Assembly: GCF_006345805.1 (NCBI RefSeq)
Contig: NC_043003.1
Coordinates: forward strand, 29,884,001-29,948,000
Direction: 5' to 3'
DNA from: Octopus sinensis
Taxonomy: Eukaryota
Length of the DNA: 64,000 bases
Shown here: one piece after another, positions 13,571 through 27,769 of the stretch
Position numbering within the stretch: position 1 is the stretch's first letter
How the letters are laid out: each line of letters starts with the position of its first letter
Program-made: the position numbers and the translations under genes
Notes under the pieces: model-generated
Seen by the model: only the letters and a program-made list of their open reading frames with translations
Databases searched by the model: none
Told to the model about the DNA's origin: nothing

Positions 13571-14164
13571 AATATATATACGCAATTATGGAATTTCACC
13601 TGTCCTTTTGAACCAAGGCCTGAAGAGACTTGTATACATAGATATGAATTGTTTATAAATTAAATAATGTATATAAGTTTAAACAAATTGTTGGCTTTAT
13701 TTGTTTTTTAAATTGGTTATCTTATATTATATTAAAATGTAATATATTGTTAGATTGTCAATTGTATTTCTCTATTTAATTTATTTGTGTGTGTGTGTGT
13801 GTGTATATACATATATATATAAATGCATATCCATGCCAGTGTCATTGATTTACTCTCCACTGTGAAAGGATAGCCAGGCTTCTTGATATGTTATGCAATC
13901 TTTATAAACAAAAGATTTATTAAAATGGTATCATTTTTATTTCCAGTTACTTTCATAAAATATTGCCAAGATGTCTGTTGTTTGATAAACTAAGAGATTA
14001 TTACCCCACTTGGAAACAAGTAGGAGTTGGCAGCTGTTGAAAAACACTGTCTTAATGCACCCTTGTCTGACCCATGCAAGCAAATGGTTAAAATATTGAT
14101 GATATTACTTTTAATTAATATCTTTGCTATAAACTTATTGCAACCATCTTTTTTCTCTTCAAAG

Positions 14165-14260
14165 TGTGTCCTGTCCGCTATCATCCTGGTATCCCTGAAG
14201 TCAATGTTGAAAGAGATCTGTACATTAAAACGATTATGGCGTGTCAGCCCCTGTGACTGT
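14165..14260 (+). CDS. SLC26: SLC26 coding exon (CVLSAIILVSLKSMLKEICTLKRLWRVSPCDC)
   Basis: pyrimidine tract plus aaag acceptor, TGT|gtaagt donor, 96 nt. Confidence 0.92.
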
Positions 14261-15442
14261 GTAAGTGTTTCTTATATCTGCCTTCTAGATCAAAGTAATT
14301 GATTTACAAAATAGCAGTGGAATTCATTCATTTAGACACATGCCTGACCTGCTAGAAATAGCGATCAGTGTTCCCTCAAATCGCACACCTAAATAGGAAG
14401 AACACATTGAACAGTGTGGTCCTAGATAAGACACAATGTAGTTGTGAAAATGAAAAAATGGGTTGGTCATGGTTGGAATGCCTTTGTTCAAAGGCTTGTT
14501 CATAAAGGTTGATCTAAAGCTAAACAACACCTGCAACAACCAAAAATTCACTGACTTACCCCACATACCCTGACTTGCCTCATATTCACAAATACCCTAA
14601 TTTACCCCATATTCACTGACTTATCCTACATACTCCTATTACCACACATTCACTGGTTATACCTTGCATACACTAACTTACCTTCACATACACAGACTTG
14701 CCTGTATGATACAATGGGTTATGGCTGTGCTTCTCAAACTGACCAATACCTTGCCCAATACTATTACCATCAAAATATTATAGAAATTAACCCCATCCAC
14801 CCACACATTCACACTTTTATATTTAGGAGAAGACAAAATAGAGTTTGCATCCAAATAACCCCGTTTTATTAAACATGGCAATTTGTCCATCTTTTTTTTT
14901 TGTCAATCCTCACCCTACCCCCAACATCACACCACTCCTGTGAGAAACACTGGGTTTTGTATGGGACTTATTTTTTATGAAATATGGACACCAAGTTCAT
15001 GTCAACTGTAATTCATTCCGATTCCAATTTGATGTAACTAAGCTAGTTAGATATTTTACTGTATCTAGAGCCACCTTGTCAGCACTATCAATCCCTGGGG
15101 CAAAGTAATGCCCTGGAGTTTGTAGCATTATCTGTTGACTGCAAGCCACAGCATACAGAGACAAGCATGGGAATGTTTGTCTATGCTTGTCTAGACTCAT
15201 GGAAAAACAGGCATTGAATTGGTGTTGATGATGATGATGATTGTTTCTAAGACTACATTGTCCAATGAACCCTTCTTTTTTAAAGATAAGGGATAATTTG
15301 AGGAGAGATTTAGTAGCTATTTGTAACAAAATATGTTCCTTATGAAAGTTCCTTTGTTTGCTGATGGTTGTTGTTACTGTGTTTGAGTAATCATTATCAT
15401 CTTTCATCAAGCTTTACAAGTTTACCAGAAGAGTGGGTACTC

Positions 15443-15483
<41 letters not shown>

Positions 15484-15966
15484 GAGAGAGAGAAATGGCA
15501 AAGGAGGAAAGGAGAGAGTGAGAGAAAAATGAAAGTAAAATTTGGGGAGAAAAGGACAGAGAAAGATAGGACAACAACTAACCAATCTTATTTATTGTTA
15601 TGATTTTTGTGATATCTGACCATCATTAAACCTTTTCAATTTCTAGTGAGCATATTTCATTATTTTAATGTCATGGACACTATTTCTCATATTGTGAAAT
15701 ACATAAAAATAATTTATTTACTTTGGGTTTAATCTGGTTGAAAGGATTGGGTTGCTTTGTTATTTATTCTTTTGTTATTGTATTTGTTTTAATTAATTTC
15801 AGCCTTTTTATTTCAGTTATATATTGAAAATAATGAATAAAATAAAATTATTTTGTCAGGATTAAGCTGCTGTTTGAAACATAAATCAATGTGAAGCTTT
15901 AACGGTGAGGTCTCCAGAAGGTTTTGTCATCTCAGTCATCAAAATATTCCTGTTTTTTCATTGCAG

Positions 15967-16073
15967 TTTATATGGATTGGTACATTTCTAGCAATTATTC
16001 TCACCACCATAGAATTAGGTTTAATTATTGGTATTGGAATTGGAGCTGCTACTGTTCTCATCCGAACACAAAT
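15967..16073 (+). CDS. SLC26: SLC26 coding exon (FIWIGTFLAIILTTIELGLIIGIGIGAATVLIRTQ)
   Basis: ttgcag acceptor, AT|gtgag donor, 107 nt; not in the ORF-track frame, translated by hand. Confidence 0.92.
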
Positions 16074-16692
16074 GTGAGCAAAGTTTTCTCTCTTAGTCTC
16101 CACCACTTGTTCTTTCTCTAGCTGACTTTTATATAACTTGTCATGATAAATAGAGCAAATGTACCAAATGTGATATTTAATTTTTGTTGGTCAAATTCTT
16201 TCTTTCTTTCTTTTTCTCTTTGGTATAACTTAGTTAACCCATTCAAACTGACACTTAATTTATAAGGGTTTAAGACAAATACTTGATACAAATTGTGCTT
16301 TGTGTATGATCTGTATCAAAGAATGAAACATGTTCTTCAGACATATGCAGTCTGTATCATGGGAGATCAAAGGCAGTCATGACTGAATGTGTGTTGTGAA
16401 CTGTATAAACAGCTGGAAATTCCAAAGGTTATCACTTGTGAAAAAAAGTTGGTGCTATGGAATTTGCAGATATGAAAGAAGTGAAGAAAAAAACAATGGA
16501 GTCGTTAAATGCAAGAGTTCCAGCACTGCTTCAGATAGTGGAAAATGCATCTAGACTGATGCATTGCTTCAAATGGAGAATACTTAGAAGGCAATAAAAA
16601 TGTAAACATGTAAAACTAAGTGAATAAAATAATATTGTAAAATTCCAGTTCCTTTGGGGTACCAACTCATACATATACATATATATTTATGA

Positions 16693-17549
16693 AAAGTTGA
16701 ACCTAAGAAGCATCAGATGTAGTGTGCAAGAGAGACGACTGCACAGGTATGGTCATGTGGAAAGAATGGATGAGGATAGCTGTGTGAAAAAGTGCCACAC
16801 CCTAGCGGTTGAGGGAACCTGTGGAAGAGGTAGACCCAGGAAGACCTGGGATGAAGTGGTGAAGCATGACCTTCAAACATTAGGCCCCACTGAGACAATG
16901 ACTAGTGACCAAGACTTTTGGAAATATGCTGTGCTTGAGAAGACCTGGGAAGCCAAATGAGACCATAACCTCATGGCCTATGCCAGGGGTGTAACCAGCC
17001 CACTTATGCATACCTTTCCTTCATTGGACACTAAACTCTGCTTGCAAAGACCTGCTGGGGCAAGTGAAATCGAAATCAAATTCGATGACTGGCATCCATG
17101 CTAGTGGAGCACTAAGAGCACCATCCGAGTGTGATCGTTACCAGAGCAGCTAACTGGCTTCCATGCCAGTGACACGTGAAGAGCACCATTCGAGCGTGAT
17201 TGTTACCAGCATCGCCTTACTGGCACTTGTGCTGGTGGCACATGAAAAAACATTCGAGCAAGGTCATTGCTAGTGCTGCTGGACTGGCTCCTGTACAGGT
17301 GGCATGTAAAAAACCCCATTTAAGTGTGGTGTTTGCCAGTACTGCCTGACTAGCCCTCGTGCCAGTGACACATAAAAGCACCCACTACACTCTTGGAGTG
17401 GTTGGCGTTAGGAAGGGCATCCAGCTGTAGAAACTCTGCCAGATCAAGATTGGAGCCTGGTTCAGCCATCTGGTTCGCCAGTCTTCAGTCAAATCGTCCA
17501 ACCCATGTTAGCATGGAAAGCGGACGTTAAATGATGATGATGATGATGA
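16693..17549 (+). mobile_element. RTE LINE 3' fragment with 3' UTR repeat units and (GAT)n tail
   Basis: RSIRCSVQERRLHRYGHV...GRGRPRKTWDEVV; conserved terminus catggaaagcggacgttaaatgatgat. Confidence 0.9.
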
Positions 17550-19771
17550 TACACACACACACACACACATTTTTATACTTCTATGTGCATGTATATGTGT
17601 GTGCATGGACAGACAACTATAAAAGTTGTAAGATATAAGTGGTCTCTCCCAGATTTTTCAATGTGGTATACCTCAGCCAACATTATACCATTATACTTTA
17701 TACCCTTCCAAATTATTAAGGGCAAATTGAATCACCTTTTAATATTAGTTTTAAAATGTTAAAAAAAGAAACTTTTCAATATAAGATTTTATCTGGTACA
17801 CCTTAAATGTTGTCATTATTCTTGCTAATTCACCAGGTGAGTATAATTGTTGTATCGTATAATTGAAACAACTACTTCTGAAGGTAGCCATGATTATCTA
17901 AATTTATTTTATAGCACGCTGTCTTTAGATTTAAGATTTAAAGCATCAAGTCTTCATTTTGAAGAGGTTAAATAATAAAAAGCTTAGCTCTCATTTACAT
18001 TGTACTGGATTTTTGCTAATTGTTTTTTTAATACCTATGTAGTCACAAGCATAGACACACTCCCAACACTCCTACTCTTAACCAAGTACAAACATCAAAG
18101 GTTAGACAGCAAGAGAGTGAGGTGAGGAGAGCTGCACCAGCAATTAGGCTGGTACTCACAGCTGTATAGCTTGGAGCATATGAAATAAAGTACCTTGCTC
18201 AAGAATACAATGTGTCAGCTGACCCACGAATCAAGCCTATGACCTCATCATATGGAGCCTAGTACCCAAACCACTAGAAGATATACTTTCACTGATAAAA
18301 ACTTTACTGATAGAGATTTAGCTGCTATATTGGTTAAACTGAGTGACTTTAGAGAATTTCCTTCCATAATTCAACTTGTGCATGATATTGTGTTATTAAC
18401 ATTAATGTGGCTCACCTCAACTATCACAAGTAAAGTGTATGTTGGTAGGATGGCCCTATTTTATCAAATTTATAATAACTCATGTAAAGTTTTATTTATT
18501 TATTCAAACCCACAATTAATGTAGTCCCACAATAAAGCATTTTCCCAGTAAAGCCATAATCACAAGAAGTCCTTAACCATCAAAAGCCTTATTTAACTAA
18601 ATAACCAAGTTTCTCCTATGTCAAACTAGTAACCATGTAGCATCAATCGTATAACCATTGAACTGAGTCGCATGATATACTAAACATCAACAAACATACA
18701 ATACTACTATATGAAAGTTTAAATCTTATAATGGTCAAGGGTTACATTTGATTGTAAATTAATGCTTATGGAATCTAGATTGGTTATACCATTGAGATGA
18801 TGTTTCCTGACCATTATCTTGAGGCATTGTTATCATAATTGGTACTTACCTTGTTTGAGGCTTCTACCTCTTTTAATGAATATTTGAAGTTTGTAAGCTG
18901 TACTGCACTTTCAAGCTTGCCACTATAAGGATATTTTGAACTGTAAGGACATTTTGAACATTCTCAAAGTTCAAACTTGGCAAGGAACAAATGATTAATT
19001 CTTATATTACCATATTTCTGTTGAAATTTACTGCCTTTGTCTCAATTAATTTTGAAAGTGGTGTTTGAAACATAAATTAGCATGAAATTTCAATAGAAGA
19101 TTTTTAATTTGCATCACTTTAAAATGGAAACCATTTTAGGCAGTTTGCTATCAAAATAGCTTAAATCAAACCCAATTACTTAGCTGGTTCTTACTTATTT
19201 TATTGACCTAGGTGAGGTGTGAACTCAGAATATGAAGATATGCAAATATTGTAATGCAACTAACACCTCCTGCACCACTTCTAAATGTATTTTTACTGCT
19301 TTGAGCCTTTTCTTCTATGTATGTGCCATTGCAACAGGTGAAGTTGTGATGTTCTGCAATATAGTTGTGGAATCCAATCTTTGTTGTCATTACAATGAGT
19401 CAGATAAAGTAGATTATTGAAGTAAAATAAGGAACTCCATCAGAAAAACATTTAGTGAAGGAAAAGAAGCCATTGTCACATGTTATCTTTTACCTCTAGA
19501 AACCTTAAATGAACTGATTAGTCAAGTTTTTCTGACAAGGAACTGGTAACCTATGTTAAATAGCACATGCAACATGACCATTGGATTAAGTCACATGATA
19601 GAACTAGTATGCAAATGGGCACTGCTATGATAATATGAACTGCATAATAGTGAGAGTGACAGAGGAATGATGTACCTTGCCTAAGGGAACAATGTTATGT
19701 TAGGAACAGGATTTAGATTAAGTTGGTGTTTTTGATATTATAGAACTTTTCTTTTTGTTTTAATACTTTAG

Positions 19772-19841
19772 GGTGCGACCTATCAAATTAGGTACAATTG
19801 AGAGGACTGAAATATTTCGAGATAGAACCAAGTACCAAGTG
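19772..19841 (+). CDS. SLC26: SLC26 coding exon (VRPIKLGTIERTEIFRDRTKYQV)
   Basis: tttag acceptor, GTG|gtatg donor, 70 nt, LG....T.I. linker motif. Confidence 0.9.
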
Positions 19842-19859
19842 GTATGTATATATTATCCT

Positions 19860-20228
19860 CATCATCATCATCATCATCATCGTTTAACGTCTGCTTTCCA
19901 AGCTGGCATGGGTTGGACGGTTCAACTGGGGTCTGGGAAGCCAGAAGGGTGCACCAGGCCCAGTCTGATCTGGCAGTGTTTCTACAGCTGGATGCCCTTC
20001 CTAATGCCAACCACTCCGTGAGTGTAGTGGGTGCTTTTTACGTGCCACCGGCACAGGTGCCTGACAAGGCTGGCAAACGGCCACGGTCGGATGGTGCTTT
20101 TTACATGCCACCGGCATGGGGACCAGACGAAACTGGCAATGGCCACGGTCGGATGGTGCTTTTTACGTGCCACCGGCATGGGGACCAGACAAAGCTGGCA
20201 ATGGCCACGGTCGGATGGTGCTTTACAT
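19860..20228 (-). mobile_element. RTE 3' UTR fragment with three hairpin repeat units
   Basis: (CAT)n followed by gtttaacgtctgctttcca, then reverse copies of the GTGCC..GGCAC unit. Confidence 0.85.
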
Positions 20229-20485
20229 TAATCAGAACTTCTAAATGGAAGCTTCTTGTTGTCATTGTTTCTCTTGTTTCCTGTTTAAAGTCATCAACAT
20301 CATCATTAATGGTTCAATATATTATTTATAAACTATATTATTACTTATGTCTTACCTGTCATAGGATGGATAACTTTATAAGTATAATTTTGCCACCATG
20401 GGTAATATCAGAAAATATGACATACATTCAATAGTTATAATTTAGCTTTTAATAAGTTTCTCGGTGCTCACACAAGAAGATGAAA

Positions 20486-20882
20486 TCTTTATATATAAAA
20501 GAGAGGTTGTGTGCTGTCTGTCTCCTACGATTTAGATTCCTAACTACTCCCACAGTTTGCGGTGCAGTTTAACCAAAACCGGGTATCTTATAGTCGTGAT
20601 TCATATCGAGCCCTTCTGGGTATTAGCGCGTGTCTACGATGAGTCTACGATTTAAAAAAAAATTTACCATCAATTTTCCCCATTTTTAATGCATTTTTGG
20701 CATATATAAGGGAAGTAACTCTCTAAAAATTTATTATTAAATCTCAGAACGTAAAAAGCTACAGTAACACCCCCCCCTTTGTGGTTAGCCATATTGAGAT
20801 GGCTATTATACTTTACATCTCTAAAAATGCTTATATAGTTATTTCCCTTACAAACCCGAGCAACGCCGGGCGATACTGCTAG
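20486..20882 (+). mobile_element. non-autonomous Helitron (~397 bp), copy 1
   Basis: A|TC 5' end, subterminal hairpin cccg-agcaacgc-cggg, CTAG|T 3' end, no TSD; near-identical copy at 54007. Confidence 0.9.
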
Positions 20883-21119
20883 TAAATATTAATTTTCAAA
20901 GCAAAAATATTTATTACCTTAAAATAAAATTAAATATAACAAAGTAAGAAAAAAATTGAAAACAAAAATTACTATCCAAGTTGGAAGTTTACACATATGC
21001 TCCCCTGCCCCCCCCCTTCTGTCTAAATATATACATATTCCCTCTTCTCCTCCTTAGCCTGTCTCTACAATTCTTTCTCTCTCACTATGTGTATGTGTGT
21101 GCATGTGTATATATGTGAG

Positions 21120-21151
<32 letters not shown>

Positions 21152-21629
21152 GTAGCATTCATTTATTCATTGTCTGCCACCAAGCTTAGGATATTCACTC
21201 ATCTTGCACCTCTTATGTTAACTCTCTCTCTCTCTTTCTCTATATGATGATAAAAATAAACTAGGCAACATTTATATCAGCTGTTGTTATATAAAGATTA
21301 TTATAGGCTCATGTAAGTTATTTAAGTAGTTAATACATCATCAGATGAGAGAACTTCAATGTAATTCAATTGACCAGAAATGAAATTATACACTAAAAAC
21401 AAATATCTAGTCTGCCATTTGACAATATAACTTCAAAATTACAAGAATTTGAGTTTAGATCTCTTTCTGGGTTCCCTGTCCAACGATGTTAAAAAATAAC
21501 ATTAGCTGAATATAGACACAGGTACGGCTATACATACACACTCACACACACACACAGACACACGTATAAATGCATATATATATTTATATAAATGCATACA
21601 TACATATGACAGACAGACACACATGGAGT

Positions 21630-21897
21630 GTCTGTGGGGTTACCTTGGGTTTCATGTCCATAAAGCATTAGCTTTATAGCGTTCCTTCAGACCCTAAACC
21701 TGTTGGCCTATGGCCTCTTTAGGAAGTGGCCTCTTTAGAAAATGGAGGATAAGTCTTCATTACTCAGTTTTCTAGAGAGTCCATTTGCTAGAGAGATCAC
21801 TTGCTAGAGAGGCCAAAGGCTAACAGGTTTAGGGTCTGAAAGAATACTGTAAAGCTAAGTACTTTATGGATGTGAAACCCAGGGTAACCCTATAGAC
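21630..21897. mobile_element. fold-back MITE (whole-length imperfect palindrome)
   Basis: gtctgtggggttaccttgggtttcatgtccataaag... mirrors ...ctttatggatgtgaaacccagggtaaccctatagac; arms about 115 bp. Confidence 0.8.
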
Positions 21898-23090
21898 CGG
21901 CCTTATCTATCTTTATCTATATACTCTACTGCTCCATAACTTAGAAGTACTTCTTTTTCAGGTATATGATTTACGGACAACATACACACACACACACATA
22001 CATACACACATATACTTACTTATATACACAATACACACACATACATACATATAGATACATATATACATAATAAACTTACACTTGCACATACACACACATT
22101 CACTCTCTCTTTCTTTGTTTGTATCTTATACATATGCCCTTATCATCATCATCATCATCATCGTTTAACGTCCGTTTTCCGCGATAGCACAGGTTGGACG
22201 GTTCAACTGGGGTCTGGGAAGCCAGGAGGCTGCACCAGGCTCCAGTCTGATCTGGCAGTGTTTCTACAGCTGGATGCCCTTCCTAACGCCAACCACTCCG
22301 CGAGTGTAGTAAAAAATGTGTGTACATATTATATGCAGACCTGAACAAGGAGTATATTTATTAATAGATGTCATAACAATTGAGGGTGTCTCAGTTAGAG
22401 GGAGAAGGACGATGGTGGAATTAGTGCAATCAAGTGAACATCTTTAAAGGCTAAGTGCAAATAAATGAGTGATGTGCTCCAGCATGTCTACAGCCATATG
22501 GCTGAAATGAGTAAAAGAGTAAAAGGATTTACTTCAAGCTTACCAAACCCCAACTGCTACGACAGCTCTGAAATCCCTTATCATTATGTTACAAATTTTT
22601 TATTTATGTCATTTAATCAAGGCAGGAATAGTGGTAGTTCTCAGCATTTTCAGGCGTTTATTCATTGGTCAGATTGATGAGGTTTATGTTTAGTCTAAAC
22701 AATGCAGGTGAAACAAGGAAAATATGAGTAAGGATAGAATATCTGAGCACTACAGCAGGAACTATGAGAGGTGGGAGTAGTGGAGACAATGTATAGGCTA
22801 GAGTAGAGGTAGTACATACCTTGTTAGTTCAGGAAAACAAGAGTTATTGCAGTGTCTTTGTAAGAGGAGTAGAAAAGATATAGAGCACATACATGTGAAT
22901 CAGCAATTGTTGTATGTTAGTGATTGAGTATTTACTAGCCAGCTTGATGATCTTAATGAATATGAACCAGTTTGCTCTTCCCATTTGCTTGTTAGCCTAA
23001 TAACACCCTATTGACAATTATCACACATGAAGAATTAACAATTGAGAATGGAATAGATTCATGTTTTGCTTTGTATTTTTATCTTTACAG

Positions 23091-23231
23091 ACAACACCGC
23101 AGACTCCTGTGATCATTTTATCTTACCCTTCACCATTATATTATGCCAATGTTGAGGTTTTCCAAACCAAAGTTAAAGAGAAATTTGCTGAATTTAATAA
23201 ATTATCAAAGAATAAGTCTGCAGATAACAAT
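23091..23231 (+). CDS. SLC26: SLC26 coding exon, STAS start (TTPQTPVIILSYPSPLYYANVEVF...)
   Basis: ttacag acceptor, AAT|gtaagt donor, 141 nt, PLYYAN motif. Confidence 0.9.
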
Positions 23232-25179
23232 GTAAGTAAAATATCCCATTATCTTTTTTAATGAATAAAGGAATTGCATCTGCAGATAGATAAAGAGATG
23301 TCAGCATTTGTAGACTGATTAAGGAATGATAGCATTTATAGATGCTTGAGAAAATAATATTTATGGATGGATGATGGAATGATAACATAAATGAGGGAAT
23401 AACATTTGTAGATGGTTGAAGAAATACTATTTATAGATCACTAGAGAAAAACTGTCTTACCATAAATGCACAACAAATTAGATTTCAATATGTGTTAAAA
23501 GGGGCAGTAAGTTGGCAGAATTGTTAAAACATCAGAAAAATCTATTGTGGTATTTCTTCAGTCTCTATACCTTATTAGATTATATCACACCAGAGTCAAT
23601 TTTGCCTTTCATCCCTCTGGGCTCAATGAAGATTAGATACCAGTCTCATACACCCCAACTTCTCCCAAAGTTGCTAGCCTTGTGCAATTATGCAATTAGA
23701 AACCAATATGTTTTAAATCATAAGTAGAGGATGTGACTGACTGCTAATGCAAAGCAGTGGAAAATACAAAATAACTTGATGGCATGAGACAATAAGGAAA
23801 TTATTCAAATATATTAGGTTAAGCTTTTTACTTCTTCCCTAAAAGTGATGAGATCAAACCCATCTCCTACTGATAGAGCATTTCCTTAGGGAAAGTTATA
23901 TTACACTACACCAGACTAATATACCAAATACTGATAGTGTACTCTGACCAGATGTTTTACACTTTATACTCTGGCCATTTTTTATCATCATAGCCGAGAA
24001 GTTGTCATGAGAAAGGGCAATCCATACACGTTTTTCTCTAAAATCCAATTTATGCTAACTTCTAGACATAAAAAAGAAACAATGCTTAAATGGGTGGAGG
24101 ATAATAATCCATCATTACACTAAATGTTTTGCTACTATCATAGCAAATAAAAGACTGTGTCAGAAGAAGTTAATAGTGGCTGGTGTCTAAAATTCATGTA
24201 ACAAGGTTTAAAAAGTTTTTTCAAAAGCTAATCTTTAAAGAAAAACTGTTAAAGTTTATAGAGAATAAAGTTTTTCTCTTATTCTTCCCTTTCATCTTTT
24301 ACACATTCTTCAAACTTAAATGCTCAATGTTAAAAAAAATCTAATATCTTTTTTTCATAATAAAGTAAGCTGCTTACTAAATAGCTTGGAGTAGGTGACT
24401 TTTACTAAAAGAAAGCAATTAACATCTACACTGTCTAGAAAATTCTTATAAATTCCATTTTTATCAAAATATGGTTTTCAAGATTTTATCATTGAAGATT
24501 TCAATGATACAATTCAATTACAAAACTAATTTTAATTTTCTTATACTACAAGTATCTGTGTTTGCCCCCCCCCCCCAAACATCACTTGACAACCAATGCT
24601 GGTGTGTTTATGTCCCCGTAAGTGTAAGTTAACAGTTCGGCAATAGAGACCGATAGAATAAGTACTAGGCTTACAAAGAATGAGTTCTGAGGTCAGTTGC
24701 TCAACTAAAGGCAGTGCTCCAGCATGGCCACAGTCAAATGACTGAAACAAGTAAAGAGAGTATCTAATTTTTTTAAATGATGCTGATCCTTTCTTGTAAA
24801 CGACCTGAGGCCATCCCACATTTTATGATACAAATTTTCTGTTGTAAAGTAATCTTATTAAAAAACTTCCATCAAAATTTTGTTTTTATATATGTTCCAA
24901 ATACTAGCTTCATAATTAGAATGTTATTTTACTAAATTCTCTATTATTTAAAAAAAAGTATTCAAAGCAACATATTAAAACAGAAATATGATAAGGAAAG
25001 AGTTAAATCATCTTTAAAATGCTCCCAGCCTTCATACAATATTTCTTGTGTTTTGAGTGACCCCTATCATACATTTTGACAGACCACCCTTCTGTTCTAT
25101 TTTCCAGATACTACCCACCTTATCTTTAACATTATACTTCTTTCAGTTCTTGTTACATCATATCTGTTCTTCTTCATAG

Positions 25180-25284
25180 ATAAGCACTAACTCCACATGT
25201 AAGGAATTAGAGCAATACTATGTAATCATTGACTGTTCTGCTATTTCCTTCATTGATGCAATGGGAGCCAAAGCCTTCAAACAG
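25180..25284 (+). CDS. SLC26: SLC26 coding exon, STAS (ISTNSTCKELEQYYVIIDCSAISFIDAMGAKAFKQ)
   Basis: ttcatag acceptor, CAG|gtgag donor, 105 nt, STAS DxSxxxxxD motif. Confidence 0.88.
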
Positions 25285-25679
25285 GTGAGATATATCTTCT
25301 CTGAGAAAAACAGTTGTTTATATTTATGTAACAGTTGTTGATTTTTTTTTTTGCTGCTGCTGTTGATGTTGCTGCTGCTGCTGTTGTCTTCTTCTTCTTC
25401 CAATCAGGACTTACACCATTAGCCACAAAGAATAATCTCTAATTCAAGCCTACTCTAAGCTACTAAGAATGCGTGTGGCAACTTGAAGATCCACCCACCA
25501 CACGCAATAGACTGGCGGTTGCACAGGCGTGAAAGCTACGTTATTATCCTCATTCCGTAAACAGTGGCTTTTAACGGGTGGAGATCTGAACCATCCTGGG
25601 TTACAGAGGATTCACAATCTAGACTAGGTTCTGAAAGTTTACCACACCATAGTGGGTTACACCATGGTTCCTCTGCTTT

Positions 25680-25880
25680 GTGGCAGAAGTAGGAAGAAAG
25701 AGTGAGAGAAAGTTGTGGTGAAATAGTACAGCGGGGTTCACCACCCCTCCCTGCCGGAGCCTCATGGAGCTTAGGTGTTTTTGCTCAATAAACACTCACA
25801 ATGCCCGGTCTGGGAATCGAAACCACGTACTTGTGAACCCGAGTCTGCTGCCCTAACCACTGGGCCATTGCACCTCCACT
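25680..25880 (-). mobile_element. tRNA-derived SINE (second family)
   Basis: Minus strand begins gtggaggtgcaatggcccagtggttagggcagc...ggtttcgattcccagacc (A and B boxes). Confidence 0.75.
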
Positions 25881-26306
25881 GTTGCTGTTGTTGGTAGAGG
25901 AGGAGGAGGAGGAGGGGGCGGCAGCAGCACAGAGATTAAGTTGTGACAGACTACTAAACAATGAGCCGATGTCTGTGTTTATGTTGCTTTGTTGTTGATC
26001 ACTTGGAAACAGGATGTCGGGAGGGGGGGGGGGTTATGGTAGTAGGTTGTTAGTTACAGTGAAATAGTGTTTGGAGTTATGGTGGTGGGTTGCTAACCAC
26101 AATGAAGTGGTGTGTGTGTCATGGTAGTGGGTTAGTAACTTACACTGAAAAACTTGTCTGTATTATGTTGGTGAATTGCTAACCCTACTGGAACGATGTC
26201 ATGGTCAATATGATTGATAATGGACTCTCAACTTTCTTACATGTTTGTCTTGGCTCTCATTTGACTAGTACTTTGTTTGACCCTATTTAATTCTGCTTTG
26301 TTTCAG

Positions 26307-26361
26307 CTCTTTCTGGATGCCAAACAAGAAAGTGTCTCCTGTTTATTTTCATGTGTAAATG
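26307..26361 (+). CDS. SLC26: SLC26 coding exon (LFLDAKQESVSCLFSCVN)
   Basis: tttcag acceptor, G|gtcagt donor, 55 nt, the typical size for this SLC26 exon. Confidence 0.85.
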
Positions 26362-26581
26362 GTCAGTAACATTTTCATCGAGCTATTATATTCAATATTT
26401 GTTGATCTTGAACTGTTTTGTTAGTAAATTTTAGTTTGTCAATGGCTATCAATTGTTTGTGATGTTTGCTCATCTTAAGGCTGAGAAGGTACAAAGTGGT
26501 TTGTACTGGGCTCATGAACATAAGATTATGTGTTCAATTCGTACACTTTGCAGTGCAGCATCTTCTCAAGGAATTCACTTT

Positions 26582-27337
26582 CATCATCATCATCATCGTT
26601 TAACGTGCGTTTTCCGCGCTAGCACGGGTTGGACGGTTCGACCGGGGTCTGGGAAGCCAGGGGCCGCTCCAGGCTCCAGTCTGATCTGGCAGAGTTTCTA
26701 CGGCTGGATGCCCTTCCTAACACCAACCACTCCGCGAGTGGAGTGGGTGCTTTTTACGTGCCACCTGCACAGGGGCCGGGGGGTCCGGCATCGGTCACGA
26801 CGTTCATGTTCATGTACTTGACTCAACAGAACTCCTCAGGCACAGCAGGACTATCTGGTATCTGGGGTACTTTGAATGGGCAGGGGCTATGTGGAACTGA
26901 TGCAGGAAGCAGCCCGGATCTTTGCAGTCACAGCATATCTCCAGAGATCTCGGTCCTTCGCCATTGCCTCAGTGAGGCCCAATGCTCTGAGGTCATGCTT
27001 GACTACCTCATCCCATGTCTTCCTGGGTCTACCTCTCCCCCTGATACCTTCAACTGTTTGGGAGTGGCACTTCTTCACACATCTCTCTTCATCCATCCGC
27101 AGCACATGACCATACCATCGCAAGCGTCGCTCTTGCACACCACATCTGATGCTTCTTACAGATTGAGCAGGGCCACCTACCCGAGGGGGTGTGTGCTGAG
27201 TACGCCTTGCTGCTTACTATTACCTTGGTTTTTGCTACATTTACTCTAGGGCCCTTTGATTTTAACCCTTGCTTCCACACCCGAAATTTCTTTTCTAGTT
27301 CCGGTAGTGATTCTGCTATGAGAGCTAGGTCATCAGC
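26582..27337 (-). mobile_element. RTE LINE 3' fragment with internal deletions
   Basis: ADDLALIAESLPELEKKF, QERRLRWYGHVLRMDEERCVKK; close to the 40794 copy. Confidence 0.92.
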
Positions 27338-27384
27338 ATGTTTGTATGTATGTATAAAGTGCATTCCTTATATATATATATATA

Positions 27385-27769
27385 TGTGGTAAGTAGCTTG
27401 CTAACCAACCACATGGTTCCGGGTTCAGTCCCACTGCGTGGCATCTTGGGCAAGTGTCTTCTGCTATAGCCCCGGGTCGACCAATGCCTTGTGAGTGGAT
27501 TTGGTTGACGGAAACTGAAAGAAGCCTGTCGTATATATGTATATATATATGTGTATGTGTGTGTGTTTGTCCCCCTAGCATTGCTTGACAACCGATGCTG
27601 GTGTGTTTACGGCCCCGTCTCTTAGTGGTTCGGCAAAAGAGACCGATAGAATAAGTACTGGGCTTACAAAGAATAAGTCCCGGGGTCGATTTGCTTGACT
27701 AAAGGCGGTGCTCCAGCATGGCTGCAGTCAAATGACTGAAACAAGTAAAAAAGAAAAAAAAATAATAAA
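27385..27769 (+). mobile_element. tRNA-derived SINE (same family as 12550)
   Basis: ggttcagtcccactgcgtggcatcttgggcaagtg core; tail gactgaaacaagtaaaaag. Confidence 0.85.

Noticed and set aside
25108-25179. Upstream alternative acceptor for the STAS exon
   Set aside because: Using the ag at 25106-25107 brings an in-frame TAG at 25177-25179.
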